Shown piece by piece: positions 26,507 to 35,800 of a stretch of 54,773 nucleotides of DNA. Position numbers and translations under genes: made by a program. Location: IMG/VR virus record IMGVR_UViG_3300042453_001089, positions 1 to 54,773 of that record; one strand, written 5' to 3'. Positions within the stretch are counted from its first letter, which is position 1, and each line of letters opens with the position of its first letter. The notes under the pieces were generated by a model. The model did not search any database. It was not told the DNA's origin and saw only the letters and a program-made list of their open reading frames with translations. The DNA is from a virus. Lineage: Duplodnaviria; Caudoviricetes.

Positions 26507-28320
26507 TTACGGCGGCTCCGCGACTTCGGCTTGTCCTCGCACTCGTCGCACGGCTCCGCGGGCGTGATCGTCTGCGGGCTGTCATCCACCCACACGTCAA
26601 CGTCGATGCCAGCCGCCTGGGCCGCGTCGGCCTTGAGCGTGTCGCCACCCACGAGCAACACCTGAGAGAACGACTCCGCGTAGTCGCCCAGCGCGTCCGT
26701 CACGGTCTGGCGGTCCTCCTCGGGGCGACGCGAGATCATCACGACCGTGTTGCCTTCGGACACCGCCTTGCGGGCGAACTCGCCCCACATGGCGGGGTCG
26801 GCCGCAAAGGTGCGATCGAAGTCGATGGAAATCGTGAGGGCGCGGGACTCGGGGATGGAGCGGGCCGCGGTGGCCTCTGGCACCGGGGCGGCCGGCTGGG
26901 CGGCCGGTTGCTCCTGCGGCTGCGGCTCGGGTTCCTTCTTCACGACGCCAGCCAGGATCGTCTCGATCATCACTTGCGGGGTCTGCGGGAACGCGGCCAG
27001 CAGGAGCGCCTTCGCCGCGTCCTCGGTGATGGTGCCTTGACGGAACTGGTCAAGGACGCCGAGCACGGTCGGGGCGTCGGCCGGCACCTGCGGTTCGGCC
27101 GCGGGCTCGACGGCAGCGGGCGAGGGATCGACAGGTTCGGCCGCCGCCTTCGTCAGCGTGGTCATGTTCAGCTGCACGAACCGCTCGTCACCACCCTCGA
27201 CAGGGTTCATGTTTTCGGCGGATCGGATGTCGTTGACGCTCAGAACTCCGAGCGTTGCCATTTGCGAGTAGTACGCCGCTCGGCCGGCAGCATCGGCCCG
27301 CAACGCACCGCGCGTGTCAAACTCCGCGAACAGGTCGCCATCCGCAATGAGATCGCGACTGATGGCAGACTCGATGCGGCGCAACCACGGCATCAAGCCG
27401 TTCTGCAGGTAGTCCAGCGACTGCTGCTCAATGTTGCTGTAGGACGAACGCGACAGGTCGCCGACCAGGTGCGGCGGCACGCCGTAGAGTCGGCACACTT
27501 CCTCAACTTGAAACCGGCGGGCTTCGAGGAACTGGGCCTCTTGGTTGTTGCCGCCGAGTTCGTTGACCTTCAGGCCGCCTTGCAGGACCGCAGTCCGGTG
27601 CGCCCGGTCAGGGCCACGGTGGGCACGCTCCCACTGATTTCGCGTATTCTCGGCAGTCTCGGGAGAAAGCATCTGATCGGTGGACAGCACCACGCCAGGC
27701 CGGGCACCATTGCCGAAGAACGCCGCTCCGTGGATTTCGCACGCTCGCGAAAGCCCGATCGCATCCTTCGCCAACTCAACCGGCACCAGGCCGTTGACGC
27801 CGTCGTCAGACAACCATCGAAGCATCATGATCGCGTCTTGAGCGTAGACGGTGCTTTGCCCCGAAGCCTCGCGATACGTGTACCGCAGCCGGCCATTCTC
27901 GACGCGGTCTACCTTCATCCGCGATGGGTGCAGCACCACCAGCTGCGTCTGTTCCCCGGCCCCGCCAATTTCCACGAACGCCTGCCCGTGCGTCAGCAGG
28001 TGGAGCATCAACTGCTCACGCCATTCGTAGGAAGTCTGCCACGAGTTCGGCGTGTCATGCAGGACGCGATACAGCGGGTTCTCGCGGGCGAGTTCCTTGC
28101 CGCCATCCGGCAACCGCCGGTAGAGGTGCAGGGGCAGCCCGGCCACGCTTGACGACAGCACGCGAACACAGGCCAGCACGACCGTCGAACGCAACGCCGT
28201 TTCAGGATCGATTCGCACGCCGGCAGCGTTACCGCGCCCGCCAAACGAGCCAGACTCAAAATCCCAATGCCGCTCGTCAGCGCCGGGGAGCCACAGGATG
28301 CGTGAGTTCGGAGCGATCAT
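26503..28320 (-). CDS. HK97-family portal protein with a C-terminal HAD-like domain
   Basis: Portal motifs (FFGNGARPG, YGVPPHLVG, YSNIEQQ); tail IDFDRT..ISRR..K..WVDD. Confidence 0.93.
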   Translation of the reverse strand: MIAPNSRILWLPGADERHWDFESGSFGGRGNAAGVRIDPETALRSTVVLACVRVLSSSVAGLPLHLYRRLPDGGKELARENPLYRVLHDTPNSWQTSYEWREQLMLHLLTHGQAFVEIGGAGEQTQLVVLHPSRMKVDRVENGRLRYTYREASGQSTVYAQDAIMMLRWLSDDGVNGLVPVELAKDAIGLSRACEIHGAAFFGNGARPGVVLSTDQMLSPETAENTRNQWERAHRGPDRAHRTAVLQGGLKVNELGGNNQEAQFLEARRFQVEEVCRLYGVPPHLVGDLSRSSYSNIEQQSLDYLQNGLMPWLRRIESAISRDLIADGDLFAEFDTRGALRADAAGRAAYYSQMATLGVLSVNDIRSAENMNPVEGGDERFVQLNMTTLTKAAAEPVDPSPAAVEPAAEPQVPADAPTVLGVLDQFRQGTITEDAAKALLLAAFPQTPQVMIETILAGVVKKEPEPQPQEQPAAQPAAPVPEATAARSIPESRALTISIDFDRTFAADPAMWGEFARKAVSEGNTVVMISRRPEEDRQTVTDALGDYAESFSQVLLVGGDTLKADAAQAAGIDVDVWVDDSPQTITPAEPCDECEDKPKSRSRRK

Positions 28321-29879
28321 ATGAGCAGGATGGAGGGTTCTGTGGCTGGGCCTTTGATTTCCTGCGACACGTGGATGCCCATAGCCATGACCAGCGCCAC
28401 GATTCCGTCAATCCGTTCGGTGCTCTTGGCCTTGCTCGGCTTGATGTTTCCGTTGTGGTCCCGCTGAATCGCCACGTTGCCAGCCTGCCACGCCAGAACC
28501 GGATGCCCGCCGTGCAGCAATTTGCCCGAAACGACAGCCGACTCGAGTTGCTTCGCGGCCGGGCTGATGGTTCCATAGCCCTGTCCAAAACCTACCACTG
28601 AAAGCCCGTCCCCTTGCAGTTGGTTCGCCAGCTGCGTCGCGTTCCAGCGGTCAATGGCGACCTGCTTGATGACGTAACGCTTGGAGATTTCGTTGATGTC
28701 TGCCCGCACTTTGTCGAAGTCGGTGACGTTGCCCGGCGTCAGCGTCAGGTGCCCCTGCTTCGCCCACACGTCATACGGCACCTTGTCACGCCGCACCCGG
28801 TCGCGCATGTTCTCCTCGGGAATCCAGAAGTGTGGCTGCACCCAGTAGCGGCCCTCCTCAAGCGGAAACACGAGCACCAAGGCGGTCGTGTCATACGTGG
28901 TCGCCAGGTCGAGCCCGGCCCAGCACTCCCTGCCGGCGAGCGACACCGGGCAGGCCGAATTGCCCGATGCCCACTGGTCATTCCGCAGCCACCGAACGTC
29001 CTGCTCCGTCCACTGGTTGAGGTACAACTGCCGGAACGTGTTTTCGTAGGCGGGCAACTCAATCGCCCGCTGACACTCGGTCCGCAGAAAGTCGAGCTTC
29101 ACCGAAACGCCTAGGTTCGGGTTGGCCTTCGCCCATACCTTTTCGTCCTTCCAGTCGGCGTTGATCGCGGCGGCGTAGATTGCCGGCAGGAACGAAGGGT
29201 CTTTCACGGCTCCGCTGGCGACGGCCTCGGCGTACTTCCAGATTTCCCAGCAGACGCTGCGGCGGTCATAGCCCGCGGTGGTGATGTAGACCAACAGCGG
29301 CTGCCGCCTCGCGCCCATGCTGGTCGCCATCACGTCCACCAGTTCACGGTTCGGCTGGGCGTGCAGTTCGTCAAAGATCACGCCGTGAGCGTTGAGTCCG
29401 TGCTTTGTGAAAGCCTCGGCTGACAGCGCCTTGTACGTGGTGTGCGTGTCCTCCCGCACGATGCTGTTGCGGAAGACGCGGAGCCTGCCGCGAAGTTTTG
29501 GCGAGTTTTCGACGCAGACTTTTGCCATCTCAAACACGAGCCTCGCCTGGTCGCGATCGGCGGCACATGAGTATATTTCCGCACCGGGTTCGCCGTCGAA
29601 CATGAGCTTCAGCGCGATGCCGGCGCACAGGCTCGACTTCCCGTTCTTGCGCGGGATGGCAAGCAGGGAAGTGCGATACTTGCGGGTCTTGTCGGGCCGC
29701 AGCGTCCCGAAAAGTTTCCGCACGTATGCCTTTTGCCACTCCTCAAGCAGGAACGGCTTGCCGCCCAATTCGCCTTTCGCGTGCGTCAGGTTCTCCTCGA
29801 AGAACCGCACCGCGATTTCGCCTGGAGACTCAGGCGAACATTCTGGCGTCGTCGTCTGTTTTGTTCGGGGATTCTTCAA
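28317..29879 (-). CDS. terL: Terminase large subunit
   Basis: PRKNGKS Walker A, IFDELH Walker B, ITTAG, GLDLA, RIDGIVA. Confidence 0.97.
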   Translation of the reverse strand: MKNPRTKQTTTPECSPESPGEIAVRFFEENLTHAKGELGGKPFLLEEWQKAYVRKLFGTLRPDKTRKYRTSLLAIPRKNGKSSLCAGIALKLMFDGEPGAEIYSCAADRDQARLVFEMAKVCVENSPKLRGRLRVFRNSIVREDTHTTYKALSAEAFTKHGLNAHGVIFDELHAQPNRELVDVMATSMGARRQPLLVYITTAGYDRRSVCWEIWKYAEAVASGAVKDPSFLPAIYAAAINADWKDEKVWAKANPNLGVSVKLDFLRTECQRAIELPAYENTFRQLYLNQWTEQDVRWLRNDQWASGNSACPVSLAGRECWAGLDLATTYDTTALVLVFPLEEGRYWVQPHFWIPEENMRDRVRRDKVPYDVWAKQGHLTLTPGNVTDFDKVRADINEISKRYVIKQVAIDRWNATQLANQLQGDGLSVVGFGQGYGTISPAAKQLESAVVSGKLLHGGHPVLAWQAGNVAIQRDHNGNIKPSKAKSTERIDGIVALVMAMGIHVSQEIKGPATEPSILLI

Positions 29880-30288
29880 CTGCCGACACCCTCGCGAGGG
29901 CCGAAGCGGTCAGCCCAAACTCGGCCGCGAACTTGAGCATCTGATTCCGAGCGTCGCGCTTCCGCAACCATGCAGGGTGATTACTCACCCTACCCTTGTC
30001 GTCCATCAACGTCGTGCCATTGGCCCGCAGTTCGGCGTCGGCCTGGACCATATCAGCGAACGAGTCGCAGTAGCCGGCAAGCGTCTGCTGATGTCGCGGG
30101 CTCATCACCCTGCTGGCTTCGAGCATCGGGACGATCCGGTCCCACTCGGCACGCGCGATGTCGCACATCCAATCCGGTGCCGGCGGAATTCCAGGGGCGA
30201 CATCGACGCCGCGTTTGTGCGGACCGCGGACGCGGGAGCCCCGCATTGCGAGTATCGCCTTCGGCGTCGGTTTGCGGCCTTTTCCCAC
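29830..30288 (-). CDS. terS: Terminase small subunit, P27 family
   Basis: GRKPTP, PPAPDW, LAGYC, HPA, EFGLT. Confidence 0.92.
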   Translation of the reverse strand: MGKGRKPTPKAILAMRGSRVRGPHKRGVDVAPGIPPAPDWMCDIARAEWDRIVPMLEASRVMSPRHQQTLAGYCDSFADMVQADAELRANGTTLMDDKGRVSNHPAWLRKRDARNQMLKFAAEFGLTASALARVSAVEESPNKTDDDARMFA

Positions 30289-30395
30289 GGGAAAGTTCAA
30301 ACTCCCAATTTCAGCCAAGCGTATGCACGTTGGAACGAACGATTTTCCACAGACGTGCAGGGCGCTCTGACCCCCGCCCTGCCTAGGGGGGGTCG

Positions 30396-31499
30396 CTACA
30401 TGAGGGCCAGCCGAGTCTGACCGCCACCTTTGCCACTCTTCCTACTGTTACATATGAAGCAAGCGGTCTGGCAGTTCTCCGGCTCATGGTTGCCGCCCTT
30501 GCACATTGGCACGATGTGGTCGATGGTCGGCGACCGCTGATGAATCTTCCCATCTCGCTTTCGATATGCCGCCTTGCTCAACACCTGCTTGCCGCACAAC
30601 TGGCACTTATATCCATCGCGTTCGTAGATGGATCGCACCGGGAACGCAACATACTTCACGCCGTGATGCCGAGCACGCTGCCTGTGGTTGCGTCCACACC
30701 TTTGCTTCGCCAGCCTGGCGACTCTTTCTTTGCATGAGACGCAGACCGCAGACTTCCTGCCAGCCTTTGCGATCGCCAGGCCGCCGCACCTACGGCACGG
30801 CATCTGCACTTCGTGCTGCTGCATGCACTTGACCGAGCAGTAGCCTTTCCTGCCCATCTGTATCTTCACGCCGCACACCTTGCACTCATCATCGCCAATG
30901 TACACGACCGGGTAGAGTGCGCGATACATGAATGACCTCGCCTCGCGGATCAACCGAAACGAGTTCATGTCACGCACAAACTTCTGGAAGTTGTGCTCCA
31001 TCTCGCCAACAATCTTCTTTGATGGGGCATTGGCCCAGCGTCCTCCACGATGCCACACCGATTCCAGCTGCCCGCGGCGGTCCCACTGCTGTTGGCCTGC
31101 CTTGCGTGCATCGACGAAACACTTGTTGCTGCAATACTTGTGCTGGTTGGGTGGCTTCAGCTTCTTGCCGCACATCTCGCAGGTGCGCTCGGGCCGCCTT
31201 GATGGCGTGCCTTTCTTTTCCGGCGTTCGCACGCCCGTCTTGATCTCATCCTTGTAGTTGGCGACCCACTCCTTGCGAGCCTCCGCTTTGCACTGGTCGC
31301 AGTGCTTGCCGTGCCGAATAGCGTTCCCGCCAACGGCCTCAAACGACGCGCCGCAACGCTGGCAAGAACGGTGCTCTGAGGCCGGCAGCCGTCCTTGCCG
31401 TAGCGCCTTTGCTCGCTGCTGCTTGCAGCACTCAGGGCAGGAAACCTTATCCTTGCCCTTCTTCGTGACCCAGCCTGACCCGCACCTCTGACACGCCAT
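30396..31499 (-). CDS. Large HNH endonuclease with multiple Zn-ribbon/YCS..C motifs
   Basis: RDGYKCQLCG..TIDHIVP..GG.H..ENCQTAC..CN..K; GGAGG SD. Confidence 0.9.
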   Translation of the reverse strand: MACQRCGSGWVTKKGKDKVSCPECCKQQRAKALRQGRLPASEHRSCQRCGASFEAVGGNAIRHGKHCDQCKAEARKEWVANYKDEIKTGVRTPEKKGTPSRRPERTCEMCGKKLKPPNQHKYCSNKCFVDARKAGQQQWDRRGQLESVWHRGGRWANAPSKKIVGEMEHNFQKFVRDMNSFRLIREARSFMYRALYPVVYIGDDECKVCGVKIQMGRKGYCSVKCMQQHEVQMPCRRCGGLAIAKAGRKSAVCVSCKERVARLAKQRCGRNHRQRARHHGVKYVAFPVRSIYERDGYKCQLCGKQVLSKAAYRKRDGKIHQRSPTIDHIVPMCKGGNHEPENCQTACFICNSRKSGKGGGQTRLALM

Positions 31500-31548
31500 C
31501 AGCCACCTCCTGTGGGTGGCGCTAGTGTACACTGTACAGTTGGTTTTC

Positions 31549-31875
31549 CTAGCGGTTCTCCGCTCGCGTCTTCTGCGAATGGCAACTATGGCACAGGCAC
31601 TGACCTGCCGTCACGTCGTATCTGCTACGTCCGTCTCGGCAGTGTTCCGTGCCATGCACCACAGGCGAGACATGGTCGGCGTGGGCCTCGGCCTTGCTTG
31701 AGCAGATGCGGCCACAAGCCCGGCACTGCCAACTGTCTCTAGTCAGGACAGCGAGTCGCCAAGCCCTATGTCGTTTGTCCGTATACCCCATCCGGTACGC
31801 ATTGGGCCGGAACGCATCTGCGACTGACGCGCTCCTGAGTTGTGGCGGCTTGTGCGTAGGTATCCTAGTCGGCAT
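31549..31875 (-). CDS. Packaging-associated HNH endonuclease (HK97 gp74-like)
   Basis: RD.WQC..CG..ADH..LCHSCHSQKT; upstream of terS. Confidence 0.88.
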   Translation of the reverse strand: MPTRIPTHKPPQLRSASVADAFRPNAYRMGYTDKRHRAWRLAVLTRDSWQCRACGRICSSKAEAHADHVSPVVHGTEHCRDGRSRYDVTAGQCLCHSCHSQKTRAENR

Positions 31876-32138
31876 CACACCTGCTCCTGCGGCGGGACGA
31901 ACTCGCCATCGGGTCCGCGGCTCGCGTCGAACGTGTAGCCGATCCCGGCGTAGGTGCCGCGGTATGGTTTGCCGCCGTAGAGGTGCACGCCGTTCCGTGT
32001 GTTGTACGAAGTTCGCTTACAGGGCAGGCCCCTGACGGCTGCGTAGTACGTTTCCCAGTCGGTGCCCTCGCCTTCGTCGTTGCCGACGATGACCTCAACA
32101 ACGACGTTCTGCTCGTCAAGAAATGCGTAGTGTGCCAT
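31875..32138 (-). CDS. Fibre-associated small protein
   Basis: MAHYAFLD..V..VIVG..TSYN..YAGIGYTFD. Confidence 0.8.
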   Translation of the reverse strand: MAHYAFLDEQNVVVEVIVGNDEGEGTDWETYYAAVRGLPCKRTSYNTRNGVHLYGGKPYRGTYAGIGYTFDASRGPDGEFVPPQEQV

Positions 32139-32147
32139 TCGGCTACC

Positions 32148-32993
32148 TCACGAGAACGTGACTGTGCCAGTGCCTGCCGTGATCGTTACGATCGTGTCGC
32201 CGCCGCTGCTCTCCCGTGTGGCGGTCAGGCCCGAGCTAATCTGAATCTGCAGGAGCGAATTGAATCGCAGGATTACAACGCCAGACCCGCCAGCCGCCGA
32301 CAAAATCGCCGCGCTCGTGGCTCCTCCGCCGCCGCCCGAACCGGTATTTGGGCTGCCAGCAACGGCGTTCACGGTGCCAGTGGAGGACGATCCAGCACCG
32401 CCACCACCTGCGCCACCGCTTCCGCCTGTCGCTCCTCCGCCGCCACCGCCGCCAGCGTAAGTCGTTGTAGTCGCCGGTGTGGTCGAAGCCCTGCCGTCGC
32501 CGCCATTCCCGCCGGTCGTTCCGCTGCCGCCGGCGCCTGCCGCGCCAGCACCGCCGCCGCCGCCGGATCGGCCGCCGGCGACACCCGCGCCGAAGCCTCC
32601 TGTGTTGCCCTGATCGCCTGCCATCACGGCGCGCAGCGATGATGCAGCGGGCGAGCCGCCCGAGGAAGCACCCGACAACGGCGCAGCACCGTCAGTCCCC
32701 GGCCCGCCACCGATCGCGTAGACGGGGCCGAACCGGCTGATGCTGCCGACGCTATTTATCGCCCCACCCGCGCCGACGCTGACACTGAGAGCAGAGCCCA
32801 GGGAAACGACCAGCGTCGTGTCCACCAGACCGCCAGCCCCGCCTCCCCCGGCTGGCCGGACGCCGCTGCCGCCACCGCCTCCGCCGCCAGCAACAACGAG
32901 AACGCGCACCGTCGCCGGTGCCGGAACGCCGTTCAGCCCGAACGGTCCTCCTGCCGCGGTCGCCGCGCCGAGTCCGTAGATGCCTTGGTTCAC
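32148..32993 (-). CDS. Glycine-rich domain virion protein
   Basis: VLVVAGGGGGG..YAGGGGGG..NTGSGGGG..GGSGVVILR. Confidence 0.85.
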   Translation of the reverse strand: MNQGIYGLGAATAAGGPFGLNGVPAPATVRVLVVAGGGGGGGSGVRPAGGGGAGGLVDTTLVVSLGSALSVSVGAGGAINSVGSISRFGPVYAIGGGPGTDGAAPLSGASSGGSPAASSLRAVMAGDQGNTGGFGAGVAGGRSGGGGGAGAAGAGGSGTTGGNGGDGRASTTPATTTTYAGGGGGGGATGGSGGAGGGGAGSSSTGTVNAVAGSPNTGSGGGGGATSAAILSAAGGSGVVILRFNSLLQIQISSGLTATRESSGGDTIVTITAGTGTVTFS

Positions 32994-33373
32994 AAGTCGG
33001 CCCCGAATGCCGTGACGTGGATCGGTTGCGCTATTGTCGTGGTCACGCGAATGGAATGCGCCGTGTTAGGCAGAATCCAGTTGTTGTAGGTCGTGCTGAC
33101 TCGGGTGCTGGCGACAGTGTTACCAGACGCAGCTGCAGATATCGTCACCTCGTCCACGAGGATGTTCGTCACCGAGTCGTAGTTGTACAGCCTGATGATC
33201 CCGACTGCTGACGTGCCAGCCGCCTTGCAGACAACCTCCGCGACTCGAGTGCCGGTCGATGCGCCGGAAATCAATGTCTGAAAGTTGGTGATCGTCTGGT
33301 AGTTCGTCTCAGCAGTCGAAACGATTGCCGTTGCGATGCGAGGGGTTGCGGCAAAGTTTGGGTTCGTTGCCAT
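32990..33373 (-). CDS. Putative virion protein
   Basis: Coupled within the fibre cluster. Confidence 0.75.
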   Translation of the reverse strand: MATNPNFAATPRIATAIVSTAETNYQTITNFQTLISGASTGTRVAEVVCKAAGTSAVGIIRLYNYDSVTNILVDEVTISAAASGNTVASTRVSTTYNNWILPNTAHSIRVTTTIAQPIHVTAFGADL

Positions 33374-34632
33374 TAGCGGAAGTTGCTCCAGAGGTAGAGA
33401 TTGTCGGCGGCGCGTGCTTTGTCGGAGAGTCGGGTATCGGCAAGCGTGCCGCTCGTGAGGTCGGAGGCCGACGACGAACCGCTACTGACGGTTGCTGGCA
33501 CCCACGCCGAGCCGTTCCACTGCGGCACTTGGTTGGTGGTTGCTCCGCTTTGCGACAGTTCGGAAAGCGGATGCGTGTGGGCAGATGGCACGAACGTCGA
33601 AGGGACGCCAGACAGTGCCGAGTAGGCCACTGCCGGCGAACTGCCAGCCGTGACGCGACCCTTCGCGTCAACTGTGACGCTGGTGTATGTCCCTGCCGAT
33701 ACGCCCGTGCTTGCCAGCGTAGCGGCGAACGACCCCGTGCCGCTGCCTGTCACGTCGCCCGTGAGCGTGATCGTCTGGTCGCCGGTATTCGTGCCGCTCG
33801 ACGTTCCCGAGAACGTCCCGCTCTGCGTCGCCAGAGTGCCAAGACCAGTGATCTGTGAGGTTGATATCGACGCTGCCGTTGTCAACGCGCCAGCCGTCGT
33901 CGTCACGACAATCAGCCCGCTGGTCGAGCCGATTGCCCCGGCGTTCGTGATGCTGCCGTGGGCATGAGATGCCGCCGCGAAATCAGTCGATGCGGCTGCG
34001 GCTGCGCTGCCGAGAGTCGGTCGGCCCGTGAGGTCGCTGTATGATCCTGAGAACGGAGCCGCGACACTGATCGTCCCGTCTACTCCGATCGTGACATTTG
34101 AGCCTTGCTTAACTCCGCCTAGGACGCTGCTCGTGGCGACCGGCGGCGCAAACGTAGACGGCACGCCGCTCGTGATGTCCGACCACGAATGAGCGTGGAC
34201 CGCAGCGGCATATGAGCCGCTTGCCTGCTTGCCGTCCAGCGCGGACTGCAACCCGGTAACGTCCGCGATAGCGTGGCCGTGGCTTGTGGCCGCCTTGCCG
34301 TCAAGGGCCGTTTGAAGGCCCGTAACGTCGCTGATGCCGTGAGAGTGAACCGCGGCGGCGTAGCTGCCGGCCACCTGCTTGCCATCCAACGCCGCCTGCA
34401 ATCCAGTGACATCGCCAACAACGTGCTGATGCGTGGCCGGCGGGAACGTCGCCGGCTTGCCTGCGATGTCGTCCCAGGTCGTCGCACCTGGCGCGCCGGC
34501 CGGGCCTGTCGCGCCGAATCCGGCCGTCACGGTGGCAGACACTGCCGAGGCAGGCGACACCGTAGCCGTCACCTGTTCATCGGTGACAGCCGCCGTGATC
34601 GTTTCGTTTGTGGTGGTGACAGATATCGCCAT
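33373..34632 (-). CDS. Fibre protein with HxH-DVTGLQxALDGK repeats
   Basis: Three repeats; LGGVK; GTYTSVTVDAKGRVTAG. Confidence 0.85.
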   Translation of the reverse strand: MAISVTTTNETITAAVTDEQVTATVSPASAVSATVTAGFGATGPAGAPGATTWDDIAGKPATFPPATHQHVVGDVTGLQAALDGKQVAGSYAAAVHSHGISDVTGLQTALDGKAATSHGHAIADVTGLQSALDGKQASGSYAAAVHAHSWSDITSGVPSTFAPPVATSSVLGGVKQGSNVTIGVDGTISVAAPFSGSYSDLTGRPTLGSAAAAASTDFAAASHAHGSITNAGAIGSTSGLIVVTTTAGALTTAASISTSQITGLGTLATQSGTFSGTSSGTNTGDQTITLTGDVTGSGTGSFAATLASTGVSAGTYTSVTVDAKGRVTAGSSPAVAYSALSGVPSTFVPSAHTHPLSELSQSGATTNQVPQWNGSAWVPATVSSGSSSASDLTSGTLADTRLSDKARAADNLYLWSNFR

Positions 34633-34952
34633 CAGCCGCTCACCTCCACCATGCCTACCAAATACGTGCGTCGGGCGACGCCGTCATCGGCCGTCATTTC
34701 CCAGCGATATGTGCCGAGAGGCAGCGTTGCCGTCTGCTCGTCAGTGAGGCCAATGTTCACGCGACCGGCTGCGGCGTCCACCATCGTCGTTGTGATCGAC
34801 GCCACCGTTCCGCTGCCAATCAATGACGAGATCGTCGCTGCCATCGTGTACGCCGTCAGGCTGATGGGCGAGAAGTCGATTTCGGTGCTGACTTCGTCAG
34901 CTCTCCGAAATGCCAAATTCAAAACGCCGGGCAGCTGCTCATAGTTCGCCAT
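34632..34952 (-). CDS. BppU-like fibre anchor protein
   Basis: DAAAGRVNIGLTDEQT..LP.GTYRWEM. Confidence 0.7.
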   Translation of the reverse strand: MANYEQLPGVLNLAFRRADEVSTEIDFSPISLTAYTMAATISSLIGSGTVASITTTMVDAAAGRVNIGLTDEQTATLPLGTYRWEMTADDGVARRTYLVGMVEVSG

Positions 34953-35208
34953 TTGGTTTCGCCTTCGTGGGTTCCGCCGTTGAGTGCCGCGGCTGCAGTG
35001 CATAGAGCAGCCGCGTCTGCTCAGTCAGTGCCTGCGAAATGTCCCGCTGTGTCTCGCCCAACTGCTTGACGAATGCCCGGTGCTCTTCGACCAGAGGCAG
35101 AAGCACGTCGTTCCTGAGTATCCAGCCTGCCGCAACTGCCACGAGGACCGGGAAGCCCCACCGCTCAATGATTGCGTGCAGCGTCGTGGTCGCATCCTCT
35201 CGCGTCAT
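34939..35208 (-). CDS. Holin-like single-TM protein with coiled-coil tail
   Basis: IERWGFPVLVAVAAGWIL followed by a helical tail. Confidence 0.55.
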   Translation of the reverse strand: MTREDATTTLHAIIERWGFPVLVAVAAGWILRNDVLLPLVEEHRAFVKQLGETQRDISQALTEQTRLLYALQPRHSTAEPTKAKPNGEL

Positions 35209-35567
35209 GCCGCCATCTCCCGTTTCCATGCCTCCATCAGCACCCGGTTGGCGCGGTTCTTCAGCCACCACTCGACCAGCCACTGGATCAACGCCGTCGC
35301 CACGGCCTGCAGGAGAAACACCCATATGAATCCGTACTCTTGGGCTTCGTATCCGCTGATTGGTTGGTGCGCACGCTTCACCGACTGGAGGATTCCGCTG
35401 ACGTAGACCTGCCGCTGCTGGTTGTCGGCACACGCCGCGAGGTAATCGCCTTCCCAGTTGTGGATGGCACACGTCAGGATGTCATCGACGGTGGCTCGCC
35501 CGACAAGCCGCTTTCGGATTGGCGGCAGCGACGACCATGCGACGGTTTTCAGGTCGTCAAGCGTCAT
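35205..35567 (-). CDS. Putative membrane protein
   Basis: YGFIWVFLLQAVATALIQWLVEWW. Confidence 0.7.
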   Translation of the reverse strand: MTLDDLKTVAWSSLPPIRKRLVGRATVDDILTCAIHNWEGDYLAACADNQQRQVYVSGILQSVKRAHQPISGYEAQEYGFIWVFLLQAVATALIQWLVEWWLKNRANRVLMEAWKREMAA

Positions 35568-35800
35568 GGCTTCCCTGTCCCTTTGCATACGGGGCACGTC
35601 ATCACGATGCGGCCGTCACCAACCTTGCCGGTGCCGTCGCAGTTCTGGCAAACGTTCTTTGGCGTCGGTCGAATGGTCTGCCTGACGCGGACAATCTCAC
35701 GGGCCGCCTCGCAGGCGAGATCCGCCGTGATGCCATCGTCTCGAGGAAGGGACGCAACGCATCCCGCAAGCGTCAGGGAAAACACGACGATCCACCTCAC
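35564..35800 (-). CDS. Lipoprotein with DnaJ-type CxxCxGxG zinc finger
   Basis: LAGC lipobox; CQNCDGTG and CPVCKGTG. Confidence 0.75.
   Translation of the reverse strand: MRWIVVFSLTLAGCVASLPRDDGITADLACEAAREIVRVRQTIRPTPKNVCQNCDGTGKVGDGRIVMTCPVCKGTGKP

Noticed and set aside
26260-28152. Long plus-strand ORFs (e.g. 630 aa here, 21305..22423, 43678..44865)
   Set aside because: Antisense shadows of well-supported minus-strand genes in GC-rich DNA
30320-30395. cos site
   Set aside because: Position is plausible and C/G runs are present, but the exact site cannot be determined from sequence alone
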